NCBI GenBank assembly: GCA_046262595.1
Contig: JBHEMM010000001.1
Span: forward strand, 97,166 to 137,926
From: Vulcanimicrobiaceae bacterium
GTDB lineage: Bacteria; Vulcanimicrobiota; Vulcanimicrobiia; Vulcanimicrobiales; Vulcanimicrobiaceae
Reading direction: 5' to 3'
Length of the DNA: 40,761 nucleotides
The notes beneath the pieces were generated by a model. That model ran no database searches and was not told where the DNA came from. It saw only the letters and a program-made list of their open reading frames with translations. The stretch's first letter is position 1; the number at the start of each line of letters is the position of its first letter. This document shows, piece after piece, positions 25,726 through 39,756 of the stretch. A program made the position numbers and the translations under genes.

Positions 25726-25751
25726 ATTCCCCATTTTGCTCAAAAGCAAGC
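25726..25751 (-). promoter_or_regulatory. Putative SigB/SigF-type autoregulatory promoter (GCTTG-N15-GGGAAT)
   Basis: 42 nt upstream of the DUF948-YtxH-rsbV-rsbW-sigma operon. Confidence 0.55.
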
Positions 25752-26894
25752 AGATATGGAGCGCAGGGCGGCCGCCGTCCGCTCGAGTAAGTCTGCGGCC
25801 CGCCCCGCATCCCCTGGCGTATTCCCCGGTCCGAACGAGAAACGCAGCACTCCACGCGTCCACTCCGGCTCCAAGCCCAGCGCCGCAATCACGTGGCTTG
25901 GTTCGATCGCACCGGACGCGCACGCGCTGCCGGCGGAAACCGCAAGTCCGTCCAGATCGAGCCGCACGATCAGCTGCTCGGAGTCGACGCCGCGCAGCGA
26001 GAGGCTGCTGATGTGCGGCGCGCGCGGCGCGCCGCCGTTGATTCGCACGCTTGGGATGCCGGCGAGCACCTGCGCCTCGAATGCATCCCGCACCGCGCTA
26101 ACGCGCGCAGCGGATTCTTCGCGTTCGCGTACCGCGAGCTGCAGCGCAAAAGCCAGCCCGACGGCGCCCGCCACGTTCTCCGTGCCGGCGCGTTTCCCGA
26201 ACTCTTGTGAGCCGCCGCGCACCAGTGCAGTAAGCGGCACACCATCGCGCACGTAAAGCACGCCAACGCCTTTGGGTCCGTAAAATTTGTGCGCCGCCAG
26301 TGAGAGCAGATCCACGGCCAGCGCCTTAACGTCGAGCGGCACGTAGAGCGCCGCCTGCACAGCATCCGTGTGGAAGAAGGCACCGCGCTCGTGCGCGAGC
26401 GCCGCCAGCTCCGCAATGGGCTGCATGGTGCCGAGCTCATTGTTGACGGCCATGACGGAGGCGAGCAGCGGCGCTTCGCCGAGCGCGTCTTGGAAGGCGG
26501 CAGCCGTGACGGCCCCTCGTTCGTGAACCGGGCACAGCACCGTTTCGAACCCTTGCTCGCGCAGTGCGTCGATCGTATGGAGCACGGCGTGATGCTCGAT
26601 CGTGCTGGAAACAATGCGGCGCCTGCCGTGCGGGTGTGCGCGCGCAAGTCCGGCGATTGCCAGGTTGTCCGCTTCCGATCCGCCGCCGGTGAACACGATC
26701 TCTTTGGGGCGCGCGTTCAGAGCGGAAGCAACGACATCGCGCGCCTCGTCCAGTGCCTTTTTCGCCGCACGGCCCTCGGCATGTACGGAGCTCGCGTTGT
26801 AACCGGTCCGCGAAAAATACGGCATCATCGCTTCGAGCACTTCACCGCGCACCGGAGTCGTGGCGGCGTAGTCCAAATATAACCGCGAAGTCAC
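25740..26894 (-). CDS. Cysteine desulfurase (IscS/NifS group I)
   Basis: YLDYAATTP, FTGGGSEADN, HTDAVQA, AHKFYGPKG, AGTENV, SAGSACASG. Confidence 0.93.
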   Translation of the reverse strand: MTSRLYLDYAATTPVRGEVLEAMMPYFSRTGYNASSVHAEGRAAKKALDEARDVVASALNARPKEIVFTGGGSEADNLAIAGLARAHPHGRRRIVSSTIEHHAVLHTIDALREQGFETVLCPVHERGAVTAAAFQDALGEAPLLASVMAVNNELGTMQPIAELAALAHERGAFFHTDAVQAALYVPLDVKALAVDLLSLAAHKFYGPKGVGVLYVRDGVPLTALVRGGSQEFGKRAGTENVAGAVGLAFALQLAVREREESAARVSAVRDAFEAQVLAGIPSVRINGGAPRAPHISSLSLRGVDSEQLIVRLDLDGLAVSAGSACASGAIEPSHVIAALGLEPEWTRGVLRFSFGPGNTPGDAGRAADLLERTAAALRSISACF

Positions 26895-26928
26895 AGCGCG
26901 CTCTCAGCGATGTTTTTTATGATGCGGG

Positions 26929-27010
26929 TGTGCGAAGCTCCATTTGCACAACTCCGAGAAAGCAGCAACGGATAAGGCGGCCTGACACCAACCCAGGCCG
27001 TCTCTTTTTT
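26929..27010 (+). ncRNA. Candidate ~80-nt sRNA, opposite strand to flanking genes
   Basis: TATGAT 26918-26923; 5' hairpin TGTGCGAA/TTTGCACA; intrinsic terminator with T6 on the + strand. Confidence 0.5.
26975..27010 (+). terminator. Rho-independent terminator
   Basis: AGGCGGCCTG-ACACCAACC-CAGGCCGTCT-C-TTTTTT. Confidence 0.8.
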
Positions 27011-27033
27011 GCTTCTCGTGCGGGACGAAGCGG

Positions 27034-28359
27034 TCACTTGCGCCGCGCCTTGATCCAGGCGGCAAGGCGCCGTTCTTCGCCTTGCAAGCCCGGATCGAAG
27101 TAAGCGCGGTTGCGCACGTTTTCAGGCAGGTAGTCCTGCAGACGTGCAGCCGGCGGCAGATCGCCCTCGTGCTCGCGGTATTGCTGCGCCGCGTGCGCGT
27201 AATCGTAGTCGCGGCCGTAACCTAAGTTTTTCATCAACCCGGTCGGCGCATTGCGCAGATGCAGCGGAACAGGATCGTTGCGAGTCGCCTCGACATCGTC
27301 GGCGGCTGCATAGTACGCGCGTTTGATGCTGTTGCTTTTCGGCGCAGTGGCCAAATACAGCGTCGCATGGCTCAGCGGATAAAAGCCTTCGGGCATGCCG
27401 ATGAAGTGCACCGCTTGCTGCGCGGCCACGGCTACGCAAAGCGCGCGCGAATCCGCCAATCCGACGTCTTCCGACGCGAGGATCACTAAGCGCCGGGCGA
27501 TGAAAAGCGGATCTTCGCCGCCGTCGATCATGCGCGCCAGCCAATAGATCGCCGCGTCGGGGTCGCTGCCGCGGATGCTCTTGATGAATGCGCTGATGAC
27601 GTCGTAATGCTGTTCGCCGCCCTTGTCGTTCGAAACGGCACGGCGCTGCATCGCATCGGCGATCAGTTCCGCGGTGATGACGCCTTGCGTCGCGAGCGTT
27701 GAAGCCGCGAACTCCAGCGTTCCCAATGCGCTGCGCGCATCGCCGTTCGCAAGACCGATCAGCGCCTCGCGCGCCTGCGGCTCCAGTGCAACGGTGCGGC
27801 TGCCCAAGCCGCGCTCCGGATCGCTCAACGCGCGGTCGACGATCGCGCCGACGTTCTCGTCGCTGAGCGCTTTCAGGACGAAAACCCGCGAGCGCGAGAG
27901 CAGCGCGGAATTCACCTCGAACGAGGGGTTCTCGGTGGTCGCGCCGATAAGCGTGACCGTTCCGTTTTCGACATAGGGAAGCACGGCGTCTTGCTGCGCT
28001 TTGTTGAAGCGGTGAATCTCGTCGATGAACAGTACAGTGCGTTTACCTATTGCGCGCCGGTGCTGCGCTTGCGCGACGATTTTGCGCAAATCCGCGACGC
28101 CGGCGCTTACAGCGGAGATCGAATCGAACTGCGCGCCGGTCATGTTCGCAATGATCTCCGCGAGCGTCGTTTTTCCGGTTCCCGGCGGTCCCCAAAGGAT
28201 CAAAGAGGGCACACTGTCCGATTCGATCGCGCGCCGCAACGCGTGACCCGGCCCGACAATGTGCTCTTGCCCGACAAACTCTTCGAGCGTGCGCGGCCGC
28301 ATGCGCGCCGCCAGCGGAGCGTTCGCCGCGGGTGAGGGCTCGAACAACGTGGGTTCCAT
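27034..28359 (-). CDS. rarA: Replication-associated recombination protein A (MgsA/RarA)
   Basis: PLAARMRPRTLEEFVGQEH, WGPPGTGKTT, FIDEIHRFNKAQQD, ATTENPSF, SAFIKSIRGSDPDA. Confidence 0.96.
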   Translation of the reverse strand: MEPTLFEPSPAANAPLAARMRPRTLEEFVGQEHIVGPGHALRRAIESDSVPSLILWGPPGTGKTTLAEIIANMTGAQFDSISAVSAGVADLRKIVAQAQHRRAIGKRTVLFIDEIHRFNKAQQDAVLPYVENGTVTLIGATTENPSFEVNSALLSRSRVFVLKALSDENVGAIVDRALSDPERGLGSRTVALEPQAREALIGLANGDARSALGTLEFAASTLATQGVITAELIADAMQRRAVSNDKGGEQHYDVISAFIKSIRGSDPDAAIYWLARMIDGGEDPLFIARRLVILASEDVGLADSRALCVAVAAQQAVHFIGMPEGFYPLSHATLYLATAPKSNSIKRAYYAAADDVEATRNDPVPLHLRNAPTGLMKNLGYGRDYDYAHAAQQYREHEGDLPPAARLQDYLPENVRNRAYFDPGLQGEERRLAAWIKARRK

Positions 28360-28371
28360 GCGATGCGCCCT

Positions 28372-29010
28372 TTAAGGGATCTTCGGTGCCTTGATCGTGA
28401 TCGGTTTAGGCGTTGCGATCTGGGGCGTGACGCCCGGAAACTCCATCCGGACGTTGTTTTGTGCGACGCCTTCACCGCTTTGCGTGTTGTAAACGGCCTT
28501 GTCGGCATCGAGCAGCCGGTCGCCTTGGACGATATGGACGTTGCCGTCAAGCGTGATCTGATGTGTTTTGTCGTTTAAGTGCGCGGTCTGCGCATCGACT
28601 TTCGTGTCGCCCTGCTCGTAATGCACGTTGCCGCGCGCATCGTATAAACGCGTACGATCGTTTACGAGCAGTTCGTCGCTCGTGAGCGTCGAGGCGCCGC
28701 GCCCCTGCGCGCTTTGGCCGCTTTGCAGCCCGAAACTGCCGCTCACGTCGTGAACGCTCACGTTTCCGTACAGCGCGATGCGCTTCAGCTTGAAGTTTCC
28801 GACCGCCCGATCGCCCTGAACCGTCGACCCGTCACTGCGCGTCATCACCAGAGGCACGGGCACCGAAAACTGCCCGGTCGTGAGGTTCGCATCCATCTGC
28901 GCGGCGCTCACGTTCCAGGTTCCAACGGCCGCGGACGCCGCAGGCGCATGCGGTTTGGGAGCGGCGGCGGTCAGCGCGGCAAGCACGAGCGCCGGTAAAG
29001 CGCGTTTCAT
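28372..29010 (-). CDS. LptA/OstA-like beta-jellyroll protein (extended)
   Basis: Signal peptide MKRALPALVLAAL; repeated ARGNVHYEQG / LDGNVHIVQG..L.ADKAVYN. Confidence 0.75.
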   Translation of the reverse strand: MKRALPALVLAALTAAAPKPHAPAASAAVGTWNVSAAQMDANLTTGQFSVPVPLVMTRSDGSTVQGDRAVGNFKLKRIALYGNVSVHDVSGSFGLQSGQSAQGRGASTLTSDELLVNDRTRLYDARGNVHYEQGDTKVDAQTAHLNDKTHQITLDGNVHIVQGDRLLDADKAVYNTQSGEGVAQNNVRMEFPGVTPQIATPKPITIKAPKIP

Positions 29011-29507
29011 TGATTGAGCTGCACGTGCCCGAACAAGTGAATGTCGTGCGTCGCGCCGTTCATCACGGCGCGGTCCGCGCGCACCGACCGTCCGCCCTGA
29101 CTGAAATAGACGTTGCCCGTTGCAACGTACGTCTTCGTGAGGCCGTCGATGTCTAAATTCTCGCATGTCAGCGTTGCGGCCGCGTGCGAGGCTCCTTGGC
29201 CGGCAAAGCCGGTAAGCACGCCGTTCATGTCGTGCAGCACCACACTGCCCGTGAGCGTTGTTTGATGCGACTTGAAGTTGCCGGTGGCACGATTGGCTTC
29301 GATGCTGCTTCCCGGGCGCGTGAGGACGATGTGACCGGGCGTGCTGAACGCGCCGGTCGACCAGTTCGTATCAAGTTGTCCGGTACTGACTTGCCAGTCG
29401 GAGAAAGAAAAGCCCGCGCCGGCGGGTGCGCCGGCCGCGGCCTGCGGCCGGCCCAGGAGCAATCCGGCGACTATCGCGGCAACCGCGAGGAAAACGCGTG
29501 TGTTCAT
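29007..29507 (-). CDS. LptA/OstA-like beta-jellyroll protein
   Basis: Signal peptide; ATGNVYFSQGGRSVRADRAV; similar to its neighbour. Confidence 0.7.
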   Translation of the reverse strand: MNTRVFLAVAAIVAGLLLGRPQAAAGAPAGAGFSFSDWQVSTGQLDTNWSTGAFSTPGHIVLTRPGSSIEANRATGNFKSHQTTLTGSVVLHDMNGVLTGFAGQGASHAAATLTCENLDIDGLTKTYVATGNVYFSQGGRSVRADRAVMNGATHDIHLFGHVQLNQ

Positions 29508-30166
29508 TCGATCTTTCGCATGACGGGCGAGCGGCACACGCCCGGGCCGAGCAGTTCCGTTAGGCGTTCAATCGAGAGCGCACCTTCCCGCAGCACCACC
29601 GGGTTCGACCCCGTCATGCCGATAACCGTCGAATCGCGCGCGTGGCGAGTGGGCCCGTTCTCGACGACGAGGTCGGCTGCGGGCAGTCCGCAAGCATCGC
29701 CGCCGCCGAAATATGGACGTTCGCCGCTGAGGTTTGCGCTCGTGGCGGCCAGCGGTCCGCAGCGTTCCAGCAGGGCGCAGCACAGCGCGTCGTCGGGGAC
29801 GCGGAACCCAAGGGTCGCCAGCCCGGCAGTGACATCATGATCGATAAACGCAGGCCGGGCGATGATTATCGTCACCGGCCCCGGCAGCAGCCGCCGGGCC
29901 GCAAGCGCAGCGTCTTTCTGCGCTCGCGCGTACTCTAAGAATTCGGTGAGCGTCGCCAGATGAAGCGAGAGCGGCTTTTCGTGCGGGCGTTCTTTTGCGC
30001 CGTAGATCCGCGCGATCGCGTGTGCGTTGAACGGATCGCAGCCGATGCCGTAAACCGTGTCCGTCGGAAAAATAACCGTGCCGCCGCCGAAAACGACGGT
30101 CGCGACTTCCTCGCAAACCCGGGCATGCGCTTCCTTGCGCGCGTCGATGACGGTCGCGGTGTTCAC
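29504..30166 (-). CDS. tsaC: L-threonylcarbamoyladenylate synthase (YrdC/Sua5)
   Basis: FPTDTVYGIGC, IYGAKERPHEKPL, PGPVT, GFRVP, TSANLSG. Confidence 0.92.
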   Translation of the reverse strand: MNTATVIDARKEAHARVCEEVATVVFGGGTVIFPTDTVYGIGCDPFNAHAIARIYGAKERPHEKPLSLHLATLTEFLEYARAQKDAALAARRLLPGPVTIIIARPAFIDHDVTAGLATLGFRVPDDALCCALLERCGPLAATSANLSGERPYFGGGDACGLPAADLVVENGPTRHARDSTVIGMTGSNPVVLREGALSIERLTELLGPGVCRSPVMRKIE

Positions 30167-30172
30167 GGCACC

Positions 30173-32521
<2,349 letters not shown>

Positions 32522-32525
<4 letters not shown>

Positions 32526-32938
32526 GCGGCCAGCGCCTCGCAAGCGAACACGCGTCCGTCGAACGGCCCGTCTCGCAGTTCGAGCTGCAGCGTACCGTGC
32601 GGCGTTACACGCACGAACACTTCGCTCCACGCCTCGCCGTCGATCTGCAGCAAGTACGCGTGGCCGTTCTGCACCATGCCCGCAAAACGGTACGCCTGAT
32701 CGGCGATGCGCAGACGCCCGTCGGAATAAAATGCGGCGTAAACGGCGCCGTCGCGATCGCGTGCGCGGTACAAGCGTACATTGGCATCGGCAGTCTCTTT
32801 CAAGAAATCGATCGGGTCGGCGCTCATGCGCGGCGGCGGCGGCGGTATCACCGGCGCGGTCCGCGCGTCCGGCGCGGCGGCAGCAGCTCGCCCGTCCAAA
32901 AAGCGGCAAGCCAACGCAAGAGCGCTTAGTTCAAGCAC
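32522..32938 (-). CDS. Hypothetical protein (start uncertain: 32938 or 32827)
   Basis: Fills the atpC-murA gap; GTGA-coupled to murA; poly-Pro linker then beta-rich domain. Confidence 0.6.
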
Positions 32939-32998
32939 TTTTCCGGCGAGGATACTCCAACGGGCTGGACGCGGCACGCGGCGATGTTCGCTGCGGGG

Positions 32999-33373
32999 CT
33001 AATGGTGTCCGGTCAGGCGCAGCTTGGCGTTTGCAAAGTCTCTTGCCGGCTCATCCTGCGCCTGCGCGAGTTCGGCGCGGGTCTGTGCGAGGTCGACGTC
33101 TTCGAAAGCAAGCGCCTCGTCGACGAGAACGGTGACGCGATCGGGAAGGGCCTGCATGAAACCTTCGCTCGTCGCCAATTCCAAGCGCCGGGGCACGCCG
33201 TTTTCGACGACGTTCGCGCGCAGAACGCCGGGCTTGAGCGCGCTTAGAAACGGCGCGTGGTGCGCCAGAATGCCTTCCTCGCCTTCGGTGGTCACCGCAA
33301 TGACGAGCTCGGCATCGCCCTCAAAAATGACCTCGAGCGGCGTGATGAGTTTGAACGGAACGACCGCGGGCAC
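32999..33373 (-). CDS. atpC: ATP synthase F1 epsilon
   Basis: LITP, EGEEGILAHHAPFLSALKPG, GFMQ; operon position. Confidence 0.93.
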   Translation of the reverse strand: MPAVVPFKLITPLEVIFEGDAELVIAVTTEGEEGILAHHAPFLSALKPGVLRANVVENGVPRRLELATSEGFMQALPDRVTVLVDEALAFEDVDLAQTRAELAQAQDEPARDFANAKLRLTGHH

Positions 33374-33375
33374 GG

Positions 33376-35729
<2,354 letters not shown>

Positions 35730-35732
35730 GCG

Positions 35733-37232
35733 CTAGAAGCTCTTGTTGTATTCCGCCAGCGCGGCTTCCAAGTTCTTCTTCGTCTCGTCGGACATCTGCC
35801 CGCTCTGCGCGATGCCGGCGGTGATCTCCGGGTGCTTCTCGTGCAGGAACGAGACCAGGCCGCGCGCCCATTCTTGCAGACGCGGCGTCTGCACATCGTT
35901 CACGAACCCTTTGGTCGCACCGTACAGAATCGCGACCTGATCTTCGTTGTTCATCGGCTGATACTGCGGCTGTTTGAGCAGCTCGGTCAGTTTTTCGCCG
36001 CGCATCAGCTGATTCTGCGTCGATTTATCGAGATCGCTTGCCAGCTTCGCAAATGCCGCAAGGTCGCGGTACTGCGCGAGCTCGAGCTTGAGCTGGCCGG
36101 CAACGCCCTTCATGGCCTTCGTCTGAGCCGAGCCGCCGACGCGGGAGACGGAAAGCCCTACGTCCACTGCTGGGCGGATCCCCTGGAAGAACAGCGCCGG
36201 CGTAAGATAAATCTGGCCGTCCGTAATCGAAATCACGTTCGTCGGAATGTACGCGGAGAAGTCTCCGGCCTGCGTTTCGATAATCGGAAGCGCGGTCATC
36301 GAACCGCCGCGCAGTTCGTCGGAAAGTTTCGCCGCGCGTTCGAGCAAGCGCGAGTGCAGAAAGAACACATCGCCCGGGTATGCTTCGCGGCCCGGCGGGC
36401 GGCGCAGCAAGAGCGCCATCTCACGGTACGACTGCGCGTGTTTCGTCAGATCGTCATAAATGATCAGCACGTCTTTGCCGGAGTACATCATCTCTTCGCC
36501 GATAGCGCAGCCGGCGAAGGGGGCAATCCAGCGAAGCGCCGCGGCGTCCGACGGACCGGACGCCACAATCGTCGTGTATTCCATTGCGCCCTTTTGCTCG
36601 AGCGTTTGCGCGAGCGCGGCGATCGTCGAGTTTTTTTGCCCGATGGCGACGTACACGCAGAACACGTCCTTGCCTTTTTGGTTCAGAATCGTGTCGACGG
36701 CGATTGCCGTTTTTCCGGTGCTGCGGTCGCCGATGATCAATTCGCGCTGGCCTTTGCCGATCGGAATGAGGGCGTCGATCGCGCGGATGCCGGTGAACAG
36801 CGGCTGCTTGACGGGCTGGCGCTGCACGACCGAAGGGGCGACGTTCTCGATGGTCCGGTATCGCTGCGTCACGATCTCGCCTTTGCCGTCGATCGGCTTT
36901 CCGAGCGGGTCGACCACGCGTCCCAGAAGCGCTTCGCCGACCGGCACCGAGGCAATGCGTCCCGTGCGCCGGACTTTGGCGCCTTCCTTGATGCCGGCGT
37001 CAGGACCCATGATCACGACGCCGACGTTGTCCTCTTCCAAGTTGAGCGCAACGCCTTGCAAGCCGTTCGGAAACTCGACCAGTTCGGACGCGCGCACGCC
37101 GGAAAGTCCGTACACGCGCGCCAGGTTCGCGCCGACTTCGATGACGGTGCCGACCTGGTCTTCTTTGACGCCCGCATTGAACGTCGCTATCTGTTGCTTG
37201 AGAATGCCTGCGATTTCGTCAGCGTTGATCAT
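35733..37232 (-). CDS. atpA: ATP synthase F1 alpha
   Basis: [33 protein letters not shown]. Confidence 0.98.
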   Translation of the reverse strand: MINADEIAGILKQQIATFNAGVKEDQVGTVIEVGANLARVYGLSGVRASELVEFPNGLQGVALNLEEDNVGVVIMGPDAGIKEGAKVRRTGRIASVPVGEALLGRVVDPLGKPIDGKGEIVTQRYRTIENVAPSVVQRQPVKQPLFTGIRAIDALIPIGKGQRELIIGDRSTGKTAIAVDTILNQKGKDVFCVYVAIGQKNSTIAALAQTLEQKGAMEYTTIVASGPSDAAALRWIAPFAGCAIGEEMMYSGKDVLIIYDDLTKHAQSYREMALLLRRPPGREAYPGDVFFLHSRLLERAAKLSDELRGGSMTALPIIETQAGDFSAYIPTNVISITDGQIYLTPALFFQGIRPAVDVGLSVSRVGGSAQTKAMKGVAGQLKLELAQYRDLAAFAKLASDLDKSTQNQLMRGEKLTELLKQPQYQPMNNEDQVAILYGATKGFVNDVQTPRLQEWARGLVSFLHEKHPEITAGIAQSGQMSDETKKNLEAALAEYNKSF

Positions 37233-37240
37233 GCTTTTCC

Positions 37241-37783
37241 TTAGTTCTTTGTGAAAAGGGTGCGGGTAAGTTCTTCAAGGCGGCCCGAAACCGACCCGTC
37301 AACGCGGCGATCGCCCATGGTGACGCGCACGCCTCCGATCAGATCCGGTTCAATGCTCTGGCGCACTTCAAACTTTTTGCGGTACACGCGTTCCAAGCGC
37401 GCGATCATCGCGCGCACCTCTTCGGGCGGCAGTTCGCGCGCAGAGGCGATGGTCAGCGGTTCTGCGCCGCGCCCCTGCAGTTGCAGAGCCTCGTACTGCT
37501 TGACGATCTCCGGCAGCAGCGCCTCGCGCCGCTTGCGGACGAGAAGCAAAACGGAATGCAGCGCGATGTCGTCGGCTTTTCCCCCAAAAGACTCGGCAAG
37601 GACGCGTTCCTTTTCCGCGCGGTCCACGACCGGCGAGAGAAAGAACCGCTTCGTGCTTTCGTCTTCGAACAGGGCGCCGGCGAGCGTGTGGAGATCGGCG
37701 CCGGTGCGGTCCCCGCCCGCCGATTCTCCGGCAAGTTGAAAGATTGCCGCAGCGTAGCGGCGGGCCACGGTTTCATTGGCCAT
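37241..37783 (-). CDS. atpH: ATP synthase F1 delta
   Basis: [29 protein letters not shown] 37783. Confidence 0.93.
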   Translation of the reverse strand: MANETVARRYAAAIFQLAGESAGGDRTGADLHTLAGALFEDESTKRFFLSPVVDRAEKERVLAESFGGKADDIALHSVLLLVRKRREALLPEIVKQYEALQLQGRGAEPLTIASARELPPEEVRAMIARLERVYRKKFEVRQSIEPDLIGGVRVTMGDRRVDGSVSGRLEELTRTLFTKN

Positions 37784-38270
37784 TGGTGCTACCCCGCTCC
37801 AAAGAGGCAAGAAAGTTTGAGACCAGCTGCGTGTCCATGCGAGCGTTGACCCGGGCGCGCGCCTGCGTGCGTGCCGCGTCGAGCGCACCGTCGAGCAGTT
37901 CGTCGCGGTATTGACCGCGCGCCGCAGCGCGAGCGCGCGCCAGCTCTCCCTGCGCGCTGCGAACGGTGCGTTCGCCGCTCTCGCGCGCTTCGCGCTCGAT
38001 CTGCGCGGTTTCCGCGGCCGCTTGCGCCTGCGCGCGTTCTTTGATCGCCGCCGCATCGCTGTGCGCCGCCGCGATCCCGCTCTGCAATGCATGGGCTGCA
38101 GCCTGCGCTTCGGCGCGGTGGCGCTCGGCCTGCGCGATTTTCGCGTTCGCGTTCTCTTGCGCGGCCGCCACCGCCGGTGTAATGAACTTGTTCCAAAGCA
38201 GGACCAGCGCCACCACGAACGCGACCGCGGAGAGCACTTCGCTGATGAGCGCGATCTGTTCGTAACTCAT
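37773..38270 (-). CDS. atpF: ATP synthase Fo subunit b
   Basis: N-terminal TM plus Ala-rich coiled coil. Confidence 0.85.
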   Translation of the reverse strand: MSYEQIALISEVLSAVAFVVALVLLWNKFITPAVAAAQENANAKIAQAERHRAEAQAAAHALQSGIAAAHSDAAAIKERAQAQAAAETAQIEREARESGERTVRSAQGELARARAAARGQYRDELLDGALDAARTQARARVNARMDTQLVSNFLASLERGSTNGQ

Positions 38271-38698
38271 CGCTCGCTCTCCGCCAGGGTGCGCGCGAGC
38301 ACGAGGTTCGCCAGCTCGTTGACGGCTTGCGGCTGCGAAGCGCGCGCCGCCTGCAGTTCGGCGTTCACCGTTTCGTGCGCGCGTTCGACTTCGGCGGATG
38401 CCTTGGCATTGAAATCCGATGCAATCGCGGCGGCGCGGTTCGATGCATCGGCCCGCGCGCGGGCGAGCACCGCCTCCGCCTCACGCCGCGCCGCAGCGCG
38501 GAGATGTTCCGCTTGCGTCCGCGCGGCGGCGGCTTCGGCCTGAAGCCGCTCGTAGTCGCCGGTCAAGCCCTCGATGTACGCGCGGCGCTCGGCGATTGCT
38601 TTGCCGACGGTGCGTAAAAAGACCACCCGCAAAATTGCGAAGAAGATCGCAAAATTGATCAGCTGGATCCAAAACGTTCCGTCAACTTTAAGGAACAC
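38267..38698 (-). CDS. atpF: ATP synthase Fo subunit b' (second b subunit)
   Basis: MFLKVDGTFWIQLINFAIFF...ERRAYI; GTG overlaps the atpE TAG. Confidence 0.88.
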   Translation of the reverse strand: MFLKVDGTFWIQLINFAIFFAILRVVFLRTVGKAIAERRAYIEGLTGDYERLQAEAAAARTQAEHLRAAARREAEAVLARARADASNRAAAIASDFNAKASAEVERAHETVNAELQAARASQPQAVNELANLVLARTLAESER

Positions 38699-38985
38699 TA
38701 GTGACCGCCGGCGACGATCTTGGTGACGAGTGCGGGCACGTTGGCGACGCCGAAGAACAGATACAGCGCCAAACCGAGCGCGATGAACGCGTTGGCTTCG
38801 ACGAAGCCGACGCCGATGATGAGGAATTGAAAAATGTTCGGACGCGCTTCGGGCTGGCGCGCGATGGCTTCGACCGCGCGCGCGCTGACCAGGCCGTCGC
38901 CGATGGTGGTTCCAAGGGCGAACGCCGCCGTCACGATGCAAAACCCGATAGCGGCGGCGGCCGCGATAATCACTTCAGAATTCAA
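38698..38985 (-). CDS. atpE: ATP synthase Fo subunit c
   Basis: ARQPEA loop, Glu63; SD AGAAAGGA, TTG start. Confidence 0.95.
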   Translation of the reverse strand: MNSEVIIAAAAAIGFCIVTAAFALGTTIGDGLVSARAVEAIARQPEARPNIFQFLIIGVGFVEANAFIALGLALYLFFGVANVPALVTKIVAGGH

Positions 38986-39005
38986 CGTAGGGTCCTTTCT
39001 TTACT

Positions 39006-39740
39006 CTAGTGCTCGTCGGCCAAGGCTAGCGAGAGATACACGATCGAGAGCAGCACAAACACGAATGCCTGCAGCGCGCCGACCAAAAAATTGAAAAACT
39101 CCAGCAAAAACGGTCCGAAGATGGCGGCGACAATCGAGAGGTTCACCGGGCCGATATTGATCCTCGCCGTGATGATCTGGTAGATGACGAACAGCAGCAG
39201 TTCGCCGATGAAGATGTTGAAAAACAGACGCAGCGCGAGCGTCGTGGGCCGCAGCACTTCTTCGAGAATGTTGATCGGCAGCATCGGCCAGAACGGCTTG
39301 ACGAGATGCTTGTAAAAGCCGATGCCCTCTTTACGGATGCCGCTGACCTGGATGATGACGAACACCATGATGGCGTAGGCGACCGTCGTGTTGAGGTCGG
39401 CGGTCGGCGCGCCTCCGAAGGGCAGGCCCAACGCCTTAAACGGAAAGAATCCCGTTTCGTTGAGCAAGAAAATGAAGACGAACAGTGCGATAAAGAACGG
39501 GACGTACGGCTCGCCGTTTTTGCCCAGCGTCCCGTTCGCCAGGTCGGCGATGTAGTTAATCAGGCCTTCGAGCACGGTTTGGCGCTTGCTCACGCGCGCC
39601 GATTTATAGCTCTTGCCCACCCACCAGAAAAAAGGAAGCGTGACGATCATGACCAGCCATGTGGTCAAGATCGTATCCGAGTGCACCGTTCCGATAACGG
39701 GCAGAACCCAGGTCGCGTGTTCGCCGATCTGCTCGTGCAA
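39006..39740 (-). CDS. atpB: ATP synthase Fo subunit a
   Basis: PTADLN, LALRLFFNIF.GE, LQAFVF..LSIVY. Confidence 0.95.
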   Translation of the reverse strand: MHEQIGEHATWVLPVIGTVHSDTILTTWLVMIVTLPFFWWVGKSYKSARVSKRQTVLEGLINYIADLANGTLGKNGEPYVPFFIALFVFIFLLNETGFFPFKALGLPFGGAPTADLNTTVAYAIMVFVIIQVSGIRKEGIGFYKHLVKPFWPMLPINILEEVLRPTTLALRLFFNIFIGELLLFVIYQIITARINIGPVNLSIVAAIFGPFLLEFFNFLVGALQAFVFVLLSIVYLSLALADEH

Positions 39741-39756
39741 CGACTTCTCTGCTCAC

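Noticed and set aside
26951..26975. SRP RNA-like AAGCAGC
   Set aside because: Lacks the CAGG..GGAA..AGCAG helix-8 pairing and the long stem.
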